From assembly GCA_009885745.1 (NCBI GenBank), contig VFKC01000017.1, forward strand, positions 1 to 55,905: a stretch of 55,905 nucleotides of DNA, given 5' to 3'. The DNA comes from Actinomycetota bacterium. Its GTDB lineage: Bacteria > Actinomycetota > Actinomycetes > S36-B12 > UBA5976. Positions 37,966 through 49,151 of this stretch are shown here, one piece after another. The notes beneath the pieces were generated by a model, which made no database searches, was not told where the DNA came from, and worked only from the letters and a program-made list of their open reading frames with translations. Position 1 is the stretch's first letter, and every line of letters starts with the position of its first letter. Position numbers and translations under genes: made by a program.

Positions 37966-39075
37966 TTAACGACTAAGCCAAGAGAAAATAACGTCTTCAC
38001 ACTTTTGCAACTGCTCAACACTCACATGTTCATTTCTCGAATGAGCCAAACCTGGGTCTGCTGGACCAAGATTTACCGCAGGTATTCCCAAGCTAGAGAA
38101 TCTGGCCACATCAGTCCACCCAAGTTTCGCTGACACTTGAGCGCCCACTCTGGCTAGTAAATCCTGGATTGCTGGTTGCGTTAATCCAGGCATTGCACCC
38201 GGCGCGTTATCGAGAATTGCAACCTCAAAATCGCTAAATAGTCCAACGATGTGGTCTTGGGCATCTTGAGCAGACTTACTGGGCGCATAGCGATAGTTAA
38301 CATCTATGTAAGCCTCATCAGGAATCACATTTCCTGCGACGCCACCAGCGATTCCCACAGCATTTAACCCCTCGCGGTAAGTCAGGCCATCAATTAGAAC
38401 TTCTTGCGCCTGATAGGTGTTAAGGGTCTCGAGGGCACCAGTTAACAAGTGGATGGCATTAGTTCCGAGCCAGGATCTAGCGCTATGGGCGCGCATACCT
38501 GCGGCATAGATACGAGCGCGCAAAGTTCCTTGGCACCCTGCTTCGATGATGGAATTAGATGGCTCAAGCAATACGGCAACATCAGCAGCCAGCCATTCGG
38601 GGTGTTCTTTGGCAATCAGAGTCAAGCCATTGCGAGCACTTTCAATTTCTTCACATTCATAAAAAAGGTAAGTGACATCAAAGATTGGTTCACTAATAGT
38701 GGTGGCTGCACGTAATGCGACCGCTACTCCACCTTTCATGTCACAAGCACCAAGTCCGAAGATGACATCATGCGGGACAACTGAATTGTCGCTGGGCAAA
38801 ACTTCTCCCGCGAGAATCTTCAGGGCTTTGGAATTACCTGCTGCTGGGACTGTATCAAGATGGCCAGCCAGAATTACTCGACTTGATCGACCTGAAGATG
38901 TTTTAGCAACGACGTTATTTCCAAATCTGAAGACCTCAAGCCAAGAGCATTGGCGCAAAGCATTTTCTACCGCATCGGCAATAGTAGTTTCATCACCAGA
39001 AACACTTGGAATATCAACCAGTTCCAAGGTTAGGGACACAACACCCTGCGCAGGATGTAACAATAAAGGCTCCAC
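37966..39075 (-). CDS. dapE: Succinyl-diaminopimelate desuccinylase
   Basis: AGHLDTVP, GACDMKGG, ECEE, HSAR, NVIPD, GWTDVARF; start GTG 39075 (TACCGT-6nt-GTG). Confidence 0.92.
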   Translation of the reverse strand: MEPLLLHPAQGVVSLTLELVDIPSVSGDETTIADAVENALRQCSWLEVFRFGNNVVAKTSSGRSSRVILAGHLDTVPAAGNSKALKILAGEVLPSDNSVVPHDVIFGLGACDMKGGVAVALRAATTISEPIFDVTYLFYECEEIESARNGLTLIAKEHPEWLAADVAVLLEPSNSIIEAGCQGTLRARIYAAGMRAHSARSWLGTNAIHLLTGALETLNTYQAQEVLIDGLTYREGLNAVGIAGGVAGNVIPDEAYIDVNYRYAPSKSAQDAQDHIVGLFSDFEVAILDNAPGAMPGLTQPAIQDLLARVGAQVSAKLGWTDVARFSSLGIPAVNLGPADPGLAHSRNEHVSVEQLQKCEDVIFSWLSR

Positions 39076-39142
39076 AGGACTACGGTAGTCGTGTACGAAT
39101 GAACATCTCAATTCATCCGCACTAACTTAAGCGAGGAATTTC

Positions 39143-40060
39143 ATGACGACTTCAGCCGCCGCAATTGGTATTGCCACATTTTCAGGGGATACCTTGTTAG
39201 ATGCTTGGTATCCAGAGCCTGTCTTAGGCATTGAATCAAAGTCAACTAGCGGTCTCGGGAATCCCTCGGATACTGATGAATTGCGCGAAGTTCGTACCCA
39301 AATTATTTCGACACAAATTGCAGATCTAGATTCTGCGCCAACTGATGCTGCGGATGCATACCTGCGCCTACATTTGCTTTCTCATCGCCTCGTCACTCCT
39401 CATTCGATTAATCTCGATGGGATTTTCGGCTTGCTGACAAATGTGGTTTGGACCTCTCTTGGCCCAGTAGCAATTGAGAACCTAAGCCGCGTGCAACTTA
39501 ATGCTCGAATCAAGGGTCAACACCTGACTGTCTTTGGTGTCGATAAGTTTCCACGCATGGTCGATTACGTTGTGCCCTCAGGTGTTCGTATTGCTGATGC
39601 TGATCGCGTTCGTCTTGGCGCACATCTTGCCTCGGGAACCACAATCATGCACGAGGGTTTTGTGAACTTTAATGCGGGTACTTTAGGTATCAGCATGGTC
39701 GAGGGTCGCATATCATCTGGCGTTACGGTTGGCAATGGTTCTGACATCGGTGGTGGCGCAAGCATAATGGGCACACTTTCCGGTGGCGGCAAAGAAGTTA
39801 TTTCAATCGGCGAGAACAGCCTGGTGGGCGCAAATGCCGGTGTTGGAATCTCCCTTGGTGATAACTGCATCATCGAATCTGGTACCTACATCACGGCGGC
39901 ATCCAAGATAAAGTTGCCCGATTCCACAATCGTCAAGGCCCGGGAATTATCAGGTGCCCATGGTTTGCTCTATCGTCGCAACTCAATCAGTGGCGCCCTA
40001 GAAGCCGTTGTACGTGAAGGTTCATGGGGTGGGCTAAACAGCGCCCTACACAAGAACTAG
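39143..40060 (+). CDS. dapD: Tetrahydrodipicolinate N-succinyltransferase (actinobacterial type)
   Basis: [39 protein letters not shown], hexapeptide repeats. Confidence 0.95.
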   Translation: MTTSAAAIGIATFSGDTLLDAWYPEPVLGIESKSTSGLGNPSDTDELREVRTQIISTQIADLDSAPTDAADAYLRLHLLSHRLVTPHSINLDGIFGLLTNVVWTSLGPVAIENLSRVQLNARIKGQHLTVFGVDKFPRMVDYVVPSGVRIADADRVRLGAHLASGTTIMHEGFVNFNAGTLGISMVEGRISSGVTVGNGSDIGGGASIMGTLSGGGKEVISIGENSLVGANAGVGISLGDNCIIESGTYITAASKIKLPDSTIVKARELSGAHGLLYRRNSISGALEAVVREGSWGGLNSALHKN

Positions 40061-41340
40061 CGAAGGTTTAGTGGCTTGTAGTCACGAGCGTCTTCACCAA
40101 TGTAAACCTGGCGAGGGCGACCAATCTTTGTCGTTGGATCGGTAATCATTTCCTGCCATTGTGCTATCCAACCGGGTAAACGACCCATCGCAAAAAGCAC
40201 AGTGAACATTTGGATTGGGAAGCCAATTGCACGATAGATCAAGCCTGTGTAGAAATCAACATTCGGGTACAAGTCGCGCTCAATGAAGAATTCATCCCCC
40301 AGAGCAGCTTCTTCAAGTTGGCGCGCGATATCGAATAATGGATCTTGAACACCAAGCATTTCCAAAATTGAGTGTGCATGCTTCTTCACAATGGCAGCAC
40401 GTGGATCGTAATTTTTGTACACGCGATGGCCAAAGCCCATTAGTCGAATTCCATCTTCACGATTCTTAACGCGGCTGATAAATTTCTCCACACTATCGCC
40501 AGAATCTTGAATCTCATGGAGCATCTCAAGCACTGCCTGATTTGCACCGCCATGCAATGGACCAAATAACGCATTGATTCCGGCGGAAATAGAGGCGAAC
40601 ATGTTGGCATGTGAGGATCCCACCATGCGCACAGTTGAAGTTGAGCAGTTCTGTTCATGATCGGCATGCAAGATAAACAACATATCCAATGCCTTAACAA
40701 TTTCTTCATTAACAATGTACTTTTCTGCGGGTACGCCAAAAGTCATACTCAAGAAATTTGCCACGTATCCAAGATTGTTGTCTGGATACATGTACGGCTG
40801 TCCAGCAGTCTTCTTGTGTGCGTATGCAGCAAGTGTTGGAACTTTAGCCATCAAGCGAATGGTCGAAATCTCAACATGACGTGGATCGAATGGATCGAGA
40901 GAATCTTGGTAGAAAGTTGAAAGCGCACTCACAGCACTACTAAGAACTGGCATTGGATGCGCGTCGCGAGGGAAGCCATCAAAGAAGCGACGAAGATCCT
41001 CATGAACCATAGTGTGGCGACTGATGTTTGATTCAAAGTCAGCAAGCTGCGTTGCACTTGGCAATGATCCATAAATTAAAAGGTATGAAGTCTCTAGGAA
41101 TGTGCTGCTCTGTGCCAGCTGCTCGATTGGATACCCGCGATAGCGCAAGATGCCCTGATCGCCATCAATGTAGGTGATGCTGGACGAGCAAGCAGCTGTA
41201 TTCATGAAGCCATGATCTAAAGTCACGCGGCCGGTGTCCTTTAGGATTCTAGATATGTCAAGACCCGAGGGACCAACGGTGCTGGGAACTTCGCCAAGAA
41301 TTGATTGACCGTTTTCGTGATTGAGTGTGGCATCAGGCAT
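40057..41340 (-). CDS. gltA: Citrate synthase
   Basis: [41 protein letters not shown]. Confidence 0.96.
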   Translation of the reverse strand: MPDATLNHENGQSILGEVPSTVGPSGLDISRILKDTGRVTLDHGFMNTAACSSSITYIDGDQGILRYRGYPIEQLAQSSTFLETSYLLIYGSLPSATQLADFESNISRHTMVHEDLRRFFDGFPRDAHPMPVLSSAVSALSTFYQDSLDPFDPRHVEISTIRLMAKVPTLAAYAHKKTAGQPYMYPDNNLGYVANFLSMTFGVPAEKYIVNEEIVKALDMLFILHADHEQNCSTSTVRMVGSSHANMFASISAGINALFGPLHGGANQAVLEMLHEIQDSGDSVEKFISRVKNREDGIRLMGFGHRVYKNYDPRAAIVKKHAHSILEMLGVQDPLFDIARQLEEAALGDEFFIERDLYPNVDFYTGLIYRAIGFPIQMFTVLFAMGRLPGWIAQWQEMITDPTTKIGRPRQVYIGEDARDYKPLNLR

Positions 41341-41389
41341 AGGACAAACCTACTATTCAATTGAGTTATCTTGTTAAACGCATTGGCAT

Positions 41390-42472
41390 TTAGGCACGGG
41401 TTAGGCGACTAGCAGCCGCCACAATTCTTTCGTCCGTTGCAGTCAATGCGACTCGGACATGTTTGGCACCTGCAGGTCCATAAAAATCACCAGGTGCCAC
41501 CAAAATGCCAAGATTTGCAAACCAATTAACGGTCTCAAGGCAATCCGTGTCTCTAGTAGCCCAAAGATATAAACCAGCCTGCGAGTGTTCGATCTTAAAG
41601 CCTGCTTGGCCTAGTGCGTTGTGAAGAATCTCACGTCTGTTGCCATAACATTCTTTTTGCTGCAGAACATGATCGCGGTCAGCAAGAGCAGCAATTGTTG
41701 CGGCTTGAATGGGCGTCGCTAACAACATACCCGCATGTTTACGAGCGCCAATTATTGAAACAATCAAACTTTCATCACCCATGATTGAGCCCGAGCGATA
41801 GCCCGCAAGATTTGATCGTTTTGATAACGAGTGAACTGCTAGTACTCCCTGATTCGAGTCACCACATACTCGAGTGTCAAGAATTGAGACTGGCGTGGCC
41901 GTCCAACCAAGCTCGAAATAGCACTCGTCACTAACTACTGGAGCCCCAATTTCGCGACCGCGTGCAACAATCGCACTCATCTGCGCAACATCAAGGACGC
42001 CACCAGTGGGATTACTTGGCGAATTTACCCAAATCAGGTTTGCGGATGTTGGAATCGATTGCGCATCTGTGTAGGTGACAAATTTTGCTCGAGCCATCAT
42101 GGCGCCAACTGCGTAGGTCGGATACGCCAATTCTGGGATGGCTACTATCGCGGTTTCATTTAGTCCCAAGATTGTGGCAAGCCAAGCGACAATTTCTTTA
42201 GATCCGATAGTCGGTGAAACTTCATTCACATTTACCTTGGCACCCGCACATGAGTTCGCCCAATCAGTCCATGCTTGTCGTAACTCAATGCTTCCGGCTG
42301 CTGTTGGATAACCTGGCGCATTTGTAGCAGCAGCAAGAGCCTGCTGGATTATTTCTGGTGTTTTATCAACGGGAGTGCCAATTGATAGGTCAACAATTCC
42401 ATCTGGATGCGATTTGGCTACCTCACCGGCTTGAACAATTCGATCCCAAGGAAAATCTGGCAGACCAGCCAC
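41390..42472 (-). CDS. dapC: Succinyldiaminopimelate transaminase
   Basis: LPDFPWD, DLSIGTPVD, SDECY, PLP Lys in SLSKRSNLAGYR; downstream of fdxA. Confidence 0.92.
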   Translation of the reverse strand: MAGLPDFPWDRIVQAGEVAKSHPDGIVDLSIGTPVDKTPEIIQQALAAATNAPGYPTAAGSIELRQAWTDWANSCAGAKVNVNEVSPTIGSKEIVAWLATILGLNETAIVAIPELAYPTYAVGAMMARAKFVTYTDAQSIPTSANLIWVNSPSNPTGGVLDVAQMSAIVARGREIGAPVVSDECYFELGWTATPVSILDTRVCGDSNQGVLAVHSLSKRSNLAGYRSGSIMGDESLIVSIIGARKHAGMLLATPIQAATIAALADRDHVLQQKECYGNRREILHNALGQAGFKIEHSQAGLYLWATRDTDCLETVNWFANLGILVAPGDFYGPAGAKHVRVALTATDERIVAAASRLTRA

Positions 42473-42487
42473 GAGTGGCGCGAACAG

Positions 42488-42808
42488 TTAGTGCTCCTGT
42501 GGAGGAAGTACTTTGACCATTTCTGGATCGTTGGAAGTTAGCCCAGTCTTAGCAGCCCCACCTGGAGAACCAAGAGTTTCAAAGAAATCAACATTAGCCT
42601 GAGTGAAACTAGTCAATTCAGCAGGGACATCATCTTCGTAGAAGATTGCTTCAGTCGGGCACACTGGCTCGCAGGCGCCACAGTCAACACACTCATCTGG
42701 ATGGATGTACATCATGCGATCGCCTTCGTAGATGCAATCTACTGGGCACTCTTCAATGCAAGCCTTGTCCTTGAGATCTACACAAGGTAGCGCGATTACA
42801 TAAGTCAC
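42488..42808 (-). CDS. fdxA: 7Fe ferredoxin
   Basis: CVDLKDKACIEECPVDC and CVDCGACEPVCP; GGAGG SD. Confidence 0.95.
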   Translation of the reverse strand: MTYVIALPCVDLKDKACIEECPVDCIYEGDRMMYIHPDECVDCGACEPVCPTEAIFYEDDVPAELTSFTQANVDFFETLGSPGGAAKTGLTSNDPEMVKVLPPQEH

Positions 42809-42910
42809 GAATCCTCCAAAATTGAACTTGTCGAGTTAAAAGTCTCAACTGTCTAACCGTACCTGCCAATTGAGTGATGTGCCAGAGCAGGCTCGGTCGT
42901 GTCGCAAGAA

Positions 42911-44620
42911 CTAACTGCGGCTTGGCTTTGGTGTGGGGCTAGGAGAAGGGCTACAAATAACATTCGGACCTGCTGCATAACTGGTGACAAAGTCTTCGTT
43001 AGTAGTTTTCCCACCGACGCGAGTAACTCTGCGTGTCACTGTGATATCAAAACCTTGGACCCCGTCTTGCGCTACACAACCTGGATCTTGGCTGTAGACC
43101 TTTGCGTAGGTACGGATGTTTCGCATCGGCGAGCTTATTGCCTGAACTTCATCATATGTTTTTGTGCCAAATAGCGTCACTGTCACAGAACTATTCGTAA
43201 TTGATGCTTTGATCAGCACAGCCGTCTTAAGCGGATTTTTCCACCGCATGTCTAGCGAGCCCCATGAAACAGTCGCTTCAAGCCCTGCTCGATAGCGCGA
43301 TATCCAAAATGAATGTGCTCGCTGTTCGACTCGAGTCATGTTGGAATAAAAAGCGGCGGCCCACATCGCACTTGTCGCTGTTGAAACACCGCCACCCAAA
43401 TCTTCGCGGAATTGTCCGCCAGGTCCGATGATGAAACCTGTGGTGTAGCCATTGGCGACAGTGCGTTCTTTCACAGTGTCATTCATCGAGAACGTCTCAC
43501 CAGGCATAACAATAGTGTCGTTTAAATAGTAGGCAGCGCGACCAATGTTCGTAACTCGGTAAGCCGCATAGGGGAAGTTCTGCGTAAAGGTTCCAAGCTT
43601 TTCAACGATGCCTAAAGTCTTGGCTTTTTTTGCCGTTAGTTCAGGCTGGATTTCGGCCAAAGCAATTTTGGCACTGCGGTTTTCTGAATTTGCAATAGCC
43701 GATTGAACACTGACCGCAATTTCTTCACTAGTTACACCTCGGCCTGGAGTTTCAGGTACTACATAGGGCTTGCCTCGATAGATTTTGAAGGAAGCATCCT
43801 TAGCCGCAATCCCCAACTTAGGTAATTTGCGATTGACCTCTGCCAAGAGCAGATCACCATCAACCTGCAAAATGACTTTTGAATCGCTACCAACAAAAGA
43901 TGTGGTCGCTCGAAGGGTTTGCGCAGAAAAAATAATCTTTTGTTTTCCAATTGCGATATCCACTGGAGTCGCTACTGCGGTTAACGCTTTGGGAAGGTAC
44001 TCATCCATCGCAGCGTCTGAGACGCTCGGAACAAGGGCCTTCATCGGAAGTTTCAATACCTTGGCCTGGAATGGATAGGCCTGAGCAATTAGTTCAGAAC
44101 TTGCGGCTATGTCAATACCTCGACCTGTCTTGCCATTACTGATTTTGGGTGCATCATCAACAAAGACGATGCTAGGTTCAGCAGCTAATGTGTCATTTGC
44201 ATTTGCAATTGTCTGCAAATTAGCGACCAAGATCTTTTTGTCCACCAATGTGATTGGCTGAACAACTAAATTCCCAAAAACTCTTTGAAACATCAAAATT
44301 GGATTAGTCTCGCGTCCAGTTAATTGAGCCAGTGTTGCATCCCTATTTATACTCAGCCCAGAAACCACCGGGTTGAGTGCGTACTCTTGCTTATCGAGCG
44401 AAACTGCAATGGGTTTCTGGGCTTGAGTGATTACGTCACTTTCGAGTTTGATCTGCGCTTGACTCAATGTCATGCCACCTACTGAAACCGAACCCACGCT
44501 GGCCCGCTTCGGAAGTCCGTCACCTTGTAAATAGAAAAGAAGTCCGTAGGTACCACCGGCAATTATCGCTGCTATAGCAAGTGTCTTAACAGATTTTTTT
44601 ACAACCGAAATTTTGCTCAA
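42911..44620 (-). CDS. VanW family protein (peptidoglycan-binding repeats, VanW and G5-like domains)
   Basis: N-terminal TM, NIGRAA..LN...VMPGETFS.N, LGGGVS, HSFWISRY..GLEATV. Confidence 0.87.
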   Translation of the reverse strand: MSKISVVKKSVKTLAIAAIIAGGTYGLLFYLQGDGLPKRASVGSVSVGGMTLSQAQIKLESDVITQAQKPIAVSLDKQEYALNPVVSGLSINRDATLAQLTGRETNPILMFQRVFGNLVVQPITLVDKKILVANLQTIANANDTLAAEPSIVFVDDAPKISNGKTGRGIDIAASSELIAQAYPFQAKVLKLPMKALVPSVSDAAMDEYLPKALTAVATPVDIAIGKQKIIFSAQTLRATTSFVGSDSKVILQVDGDLLLAEVNRKLPKLGIAAKDASFKIYRGKPYVVPETPGRGVTSEEIAVSVQSAIANSENRSAKIALAEIQPELTAKKAKTLGIVEKLGTFTQNFPYAAYRVTNIGRAAYYLNDTIVMPGETFSMNDTVKERTVANGYTTGFIIGPGGQFREDLGGGVSTATSAMWAAAFYSNMTRVEQRAHSFWISRYRAGLEATVSWGSLDMRWKNPLKTAVLIKASITNSSVTVTLFGTKTYDEVQAISSPMRNIRTYAKVYSQDPGCVAQDGVQGFDITVTRRVTRVGGKTTNEDFVTSYAAGPNVICSPSPSPTPKPSRS

Positions 44621-45057
44621 GATTGACGCTCCTTTAATGTCAATTTTGATTTAACTCTGTCATCACTAACTTCTGACACTTGTAAATCCTCATGGCCGTT
44701 ATCAAGCGGGCGCAGTGGCTTCAGGCTTGAGGCTATGCCCAACAGCACAGCAGCTCCAACAAGATAGGCGCTGGTGAAAGTTGTGTACGAGAGAATCAAA
44801 TCGCCATCAGAACTTTCAATAGCTAATTTGCAAGTAACAACAATCCAAGCCAAAAGGAAGCCAAGTCCCGCTAGGCGTGTTTGAAAATAGCGATTCAACA
44901 ATAAAAGCAAACCAACCAAAATTGCGATTGCCAATGGAACACCAAAATAGATCATTTGCGACTGCACAATCCCTCGATGAGCATGAACAAACCCAGCAAC
45001 CGTTGAGCCAAATATTCCTGCGAAAAAACCAGCAGCGAAGGCGATGAGTCTGTTCAT
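44617..45057 (-). CDS. Small membrane protein (DUF6113-like)
   Basis: Four hydrophobic segments with DGDLIL motif, directly downstream of mshB. Confidence 0.6.
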   Translation of the reverse strand: MNRLIAFAAGFFAGIFGSTVAGFVHAHRGIVQSQMIYFGVPLAIAILVGLLLLLNRYFQTRLAGLGFLLAWIVVTCKLAIESSDGDLILSYTTFTSAYLVGAAVLLGIASSLKPLRPLDNGHEDLQVSEVSDDRVKSKLTLKERQS

Positions 45058-45942
45058 CTATGCCTCAAGTCCTGCGAATAAATCAATCTCGCGGCCGTCA
45101 TTGTCGAATGGGCCAGCCACTTCACCCTTGGCTAAGCGATAGTACTCATGCCCGAGTACTTCTGCGCCTAAATTATTTGAAAGAGCGAAGAAGCCACTAT
45201 CAGTGCTGATCTGCGTGGCATGTGCCTGTAGCGCAGCCATCTTGCGCTCTACAAATTCGGTGCCATCAATTACGGTGGTAACAAATTCATCTGGACAAGC
45301 AAATGGGATGTCTTGTGGATCTTGAGTTGCGAATGTGGTGGTGTCGCCTGCTTTGGCTAGCGCTTCCATCCCCGCTTGGATCACACTTATAGGGAATGCA
45401 GTCCAATAGATTTTTTCAACATTCCAAGCAGGACCTTGTTCAGGCAAGTAGGAAGCAACTCCGGCCAAACTAGCGGCGTACATTGCCACTCGATGAGCCT
45501 GAATGTGATCAGGGTGCCCATATCCGCCAAAGTCATCATAAGTAACCAAAACCTGAGGACGAACCTCTCGAATTATTCCAACTAAGTAACTTGCAGCCTC
45601 AAGCAGATCTGCGCGCCAGAAATTATCAGCACGTTCATTCGGTGGAGTTCCGATCATGCCGCTATCACGGTATGTGCCTGGGCCACCGAGTAAACGCCAG
45701 TCCGTGACACCTAATTGCGCCATTGCGTTGCCAAGTTCGCCAATCCGATGCTTACCCAGCAAATCGTCATGTGTGGCAGCAAGATTGGTCAGTTCATGGA
45801 CAAGGATTTCCCCCTCTTCGCCGAGTGTGCAGGTAACCAGAGTGACCTGCGCGCCTTGGGCCACATACTTGGCCATAGTTGCTCCAGATCCAATGGATTC
45901 ATCATCAGGATGGGCGTGAACTAAAAGCAGGCGGCGTGACAC
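45058..45942 (-). CDS. mshB: GlcNAc-Ins deacetylase of mycothiol biosynthesis
   Basis: VHAHPDDE, CTLGEEGE, RDSGM, GGYGHPDH, AHATQI, FALSN. Confidence 0.93.
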   Translation of the reverse strand: MSRRLLLVHAHPDDESIGSGATMAKYVAQGAQVTLVTCTLGEEGEILVHELTNLAATHDDLLGKHRIGELGNAMAQLGVTDWRLLGGPGTYRDSGMIGTPPNERADNFWRADLLEAASYLVGIIREVRPQVLVTYDDFGGYGHPDHIQAHRVAMYAASLAGVASYLPEQGPAWNVEKIYWTAFPISVIQAGMEALAKAGDTTTFATQDPQDIPFACPDEFVTTVIDGTEFVERKMAALQAHATQISTDSGFFALSNNLGAEVLGHEYYRLAKGEVAGPFDNDGREIDLFAGLEA

Positions 45943-46023
45943 TCCTCTACTTTACGAGGCTTAAAGATTGCAAGTGCCCAAGTATGAGGCGGGACACGCA
46001 CGAGCATGACAAACTTAGAAATT

Positions 46024-48117
46024 ATGAGCGAAACATTTCCCCGCCAGCAGGCAGCCACAGGACGTTTTTCCTTCGGAGCACCTCGTAGTTTTCAAATCAC
46101 TAAAGACGGCGCCTACGTCACTTTCCTAAGAAGTGACCATGGTCGAGACTCGGTCAACTCCATGTGGGTCTATTCGCTTGCAGATAACATCGAGCACAAG
46201 ATTTTTGACTCTCACCTAGTCCAGCTTGGTACCACTGAGATGCCTGCCGAAGAATTGGCTCGCAGAGAAAGAATGCGCGAAACAGGAAGTGGCATTACAA
46301 CTTATTCAAGTGATGAGTCTGGCAAGGTAGTAGCTTTTACATTCGCGGGGGAACTTGTCGCGCTCAATGTCGAAAGTAGGAAATTTTCTGAACTTCATGT
46401 GACAAAACCAATCATTGATCCACAAATCTCTCCTGATGGGCTTCATGTTGCTTGGTCAACTGGCAAGGAACTGCGCACCTGCACAATTGCTGGGCTCGAC
46501 GAGCGCGCGCTTGCCGTCTCGGATGACAAGGATGTGACTTGGGGTCTCGCAGATTTCGTCAGCGCTGAGGAATTTGGGCGCATGCATGGATACTGGTGGT
46601 CACCCGATAGCCAGAGTTTGCTCGTTCAACGAGTAGATAATTCACCAGTTGCGACTTGGTGGATTAGCGATCCAGTGCATCCAGAGCAGGCCCCGAGGCA
46701 ACAGAAATATCCAGCCACTGGAAAAGCTAACGCAAAATCATCTTTACTTCACTTCCAACTTTCTGGTGAAACATCCAACCCAATCTGGGAATCAAGTGAA
46801 TACGAATACTTGATTAGTGTGCGCTGGCAACAAGATAGACCTGCCCTGGTGACACTTAGCAACCGTGCCCAGACCAAACAAGATACTTATGCTCTGCTGG
46901 ATGATTCTCTGGCTCTCCTGCACAGTGTTTCAGATGAAAAGTTCATTGAGGTTATCCCTGGACAACCCAGATGGATTAACGAATCATTAATTACCATCGT
47001 TGATAACTATCAAACAGATACTCGCGAACTTCAACTTGATGGTATTTCCTTGACGCCAATTGGTATGCAAGTTCTTAACGTAGTCACCAGTGACCATGAA
47101 TCAGTCACGGTCCAAGTTTCAACCGATGGTGTTACTCGCGACATTGTCCGAGTAACATTCGACGGTGAAGTCACCTACCTAACTACAGGTGGTGTTTCTG
47201 GTGTTAGCCCTGCTGTTGAAACCAGTCTTGGTGCGTTGCAGATTGTGATGCAGTCTCGCTTAGACAATCATGAACGCACTTATGAACTTATGTGCGCACA
47301 CGAAGTGCTTCACGCCTTTGATTCACATTCAGAGAGTGCATTAGTTAGACCAAAAGTGGAATTCTTAAACACCGGACCGAATCAGGTCAATACTGCGGTG
47401 CTATTTCCAAGTGATCACATCATGGGTAGTAAGAAACTCCCAATTCTGGCTCGCCCATATGGCGGCCCACACGGAGCACGAGTAATCAAAGGTGCAACAA
47501 ACTTCTGTGAAGATCAGTGGTACGCAGATCAGGGATTTGCCGTTGTCATCGCCGATGGCCGAGGCACCCCAGCGCGGGGTCCAGCTTGGGAAAAATCAAT
47601 CTACCAAGACTTCGTTGGCCCCATTTTGCAGGATCAAGTTGATGCAGTCCTTGGCATTGCAGAACATTTTCCAGATGATGTGGACCTTGAAAAAGTTGCA
47701 ATCATGGGCTGGTCATTCGGCGGTTACCTGGCTGGACTGGCAATCCTGGAACGACCGGATGTTTTTCATGTTGCAATTGCTGGAGCGCCGGTGACTGAGT
47801 GGCTTTGGTATGACACTGCCTATAGTGAGCGCTACCTCGGCCATCCTGATAAATCTGAAGACGTATACGAACACCACTCACTAATGACACGTGCCGCAAA
47901 TTTAAGCCGTCCGCTGATGCTTGTGCACGGTCTCATTGATGACAATGTGGTTGTTGCTCACTCGTTGGAACTTTCACGCGAACTTCTGGCCGAAGCTAAA
48001 GACCACACTTTTTTGCCGCTATCTGGAGTAACCCACATGCCGCATCAACCCAAGATTGCCGAGAATCTCATGTTGATGTCCGTGGATTTCATAAAGAAAA
48101 ATCTCAAATACTTTTAG
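46024..48117 (+). CDS. S9 family (DPP-IV-like) peptidase
   Basis: YGGPH, GWSFGG nucleophile, DDNV, catalytic His (GVTH); N-terminal propeller; start 46024 or 46006. Confidence 0.92.
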   Translation: MSETFPRQQAATGRFSFGAPRSFQITKDGAYVTFLRSDHGRDSVNSMWVYSLADNIEHKIFDSHLVQLGTTEMPAEELARRERMRETGSGITTYSSDESGKVVAFTFAGELVALNVESRKFSELHVTKPIIDPQISPDGLHVAWSTGKELRTCTIAGLDERALAVSDDKDVTWGLADFVSAEEFGRMHGYWWSPDSQSLLVQRVDNSPVATWWISDPVHPEQAPRQQKYPATGKANAKSSLLHFQLSGETSNPIWESSEYEYLISVRWQQDRPALVTLSNRAQTKQDTYALLDDSLALLHSVSDEKFIEVIPGQPRWINESLITIVDNYQTDTRELQLDGISLTPIGMQVLNVVTSDHESVTVQVSTDGVTRDIVRVTFDGEVTYLTTGGVSGVSPAVETSLGALQIVMQSRLDNHERTYELMCAHEVLHAFDSHSESALVRPKVEFLNTGPNQVNTAVLFPSDHIMGSKKLPILARPYGGPHGARVIKGATNFCEDQWYADQGFAVVIADGRGTPARGPAWEKSIYQDFVGPILQDQVDAVLGIAEHFPDDVDLEKVAIMGWSFGGYLAGLAILERPDVFHVAIAGAPVTEWLWYDTAYSERYLGHPDKSEDVYEHHSLMTRAANLSRPLMLVHGLIDDNVVVAHSLELSRELLAEAKDHTFLPLSGVTHMPHQPKIAENLMLMSVDFIKKNLKYF

Positions 48118-49151
48118 GCAATAAAGTCAGTACCTGTTGGTGCGACAGAGATTGTCTCGATGAGGTTTTGTTCTGGGAAATGGCAAGCGACTTGATGGCC
48201 CATCGAGATTTCGCGTAACACGGGACGTTCTGAGCGACACTTGTCTTCAGCCTTCCAACAACGAGTGTTGAAGACACAACCTGCAGGCGGATTGCTTGGA
48301 CTCGGTAAATCACCCGAAAGAATGATGCGCTCTCGATTTCGCTCTAGGTCAGGATCTGGAATTGGAATCGCTGACAATAGCGCATGAGTGTATGGGTGCA
48401 GTGGCTCAGTGTATAAAAGTTCAGATGGCGCACTCTCCATAATCTGACCTAAATACATAACCGCTACTCGATCAGAAATGTGTCGCACAACTGAAAGGTC
48501 ATGTGCCACAAAAACATATGCAATGCCAAAATCCTTTTGAATTTCTGCCAAAAGGTTCAAGATTTGGGCTTGAATGGAAACATCTAAGGCAGATACAGGC
48601 TCATCGCAGACAATCAGTTTCGGCTGCAGTGCGATAGCTCGCGCAATCCCGATGCGTTGGCGTTGTCCACCTGAAAATTCATTGGGATAGCGATTAAAGT
48701 GCTCTGGGTTTAATCCAACTCTTTCCATCAAGTCGCCAACAGCCGAGCGCAATCCTCCAACTGGTTTAACCCCTTGCACTTGGAAAGGAGCAGAGATTAT
48801 GTCTCCTACTGTCGCCCGAGGATTAAGCGAAGAATAAGGATCTTGGAAAATCATTTGCATTTCACGGCGCATGAAAACCAATTCCCGCTTAGAAACTTTA
48901 ATAAGATTTTGACCTTCAAATTCAATCGAACCGCTAGTTGGTTCAAGCAGACGCAACACTGTGCGACCCGCAGTTGATTTACCGCAGCCACTTTCACCGA
49001 CAAGACCTAAAGTTTCACCTGGGAATACCTCTAAGGAAATTCCATCTACGGCCTTGACTGCCCCTGTGGTTCTTTGAAATATTCCGCCAGATGTGATTGG
49101 GAAATGCTTGACAAGATTACTTACCTTAAGGATTGGAGAAACTTGAGTCAT
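48114..49151 (-). CDS. Oligopeptide ABC transporter ATP-binding subunit (OppF/DppF-like)
   Basis: [26 protein letters not shown]-terminal Cys-containing oligopeptide ATPase domain. Confidence 0.94.
   Translation of the reverse strand: MTQVSPILKVSNLVKHFPITSGGIFQRTTGAVKAVDGISLEVFPGETLGLVGESGCGKSTAGRTVLRLLEPTSGSIEFEGQNLIKVSKRELVFMRREMQMIFQDPYSSLNPRATVGDIISAPFQVQGVKPVGGLRSAVGDLMERVGLNPEHFNRYPNEFSGGQRQRIGIARAIALQPKLIVCDEPVSALDVSIQAQILNLLAEIQKDFGIAYVFVAHDLSVVRHISDRVAVMYLGQIMESAPSELLYTEPLHPYTHALLSAIPIPDPDLERNRERIILSGDLPSPSNPPAGCVFNTRCWKAEDKCRSERPVLREISMGHQVACHFPEQNLIETISVAPTGTDFIA

Noticed and set aside
42911-44620. Vancomycin-resistance cluster
   Set aside because: VanW-domain proteins are common next to mshB/fdxA; no vanHAX or vanRS present
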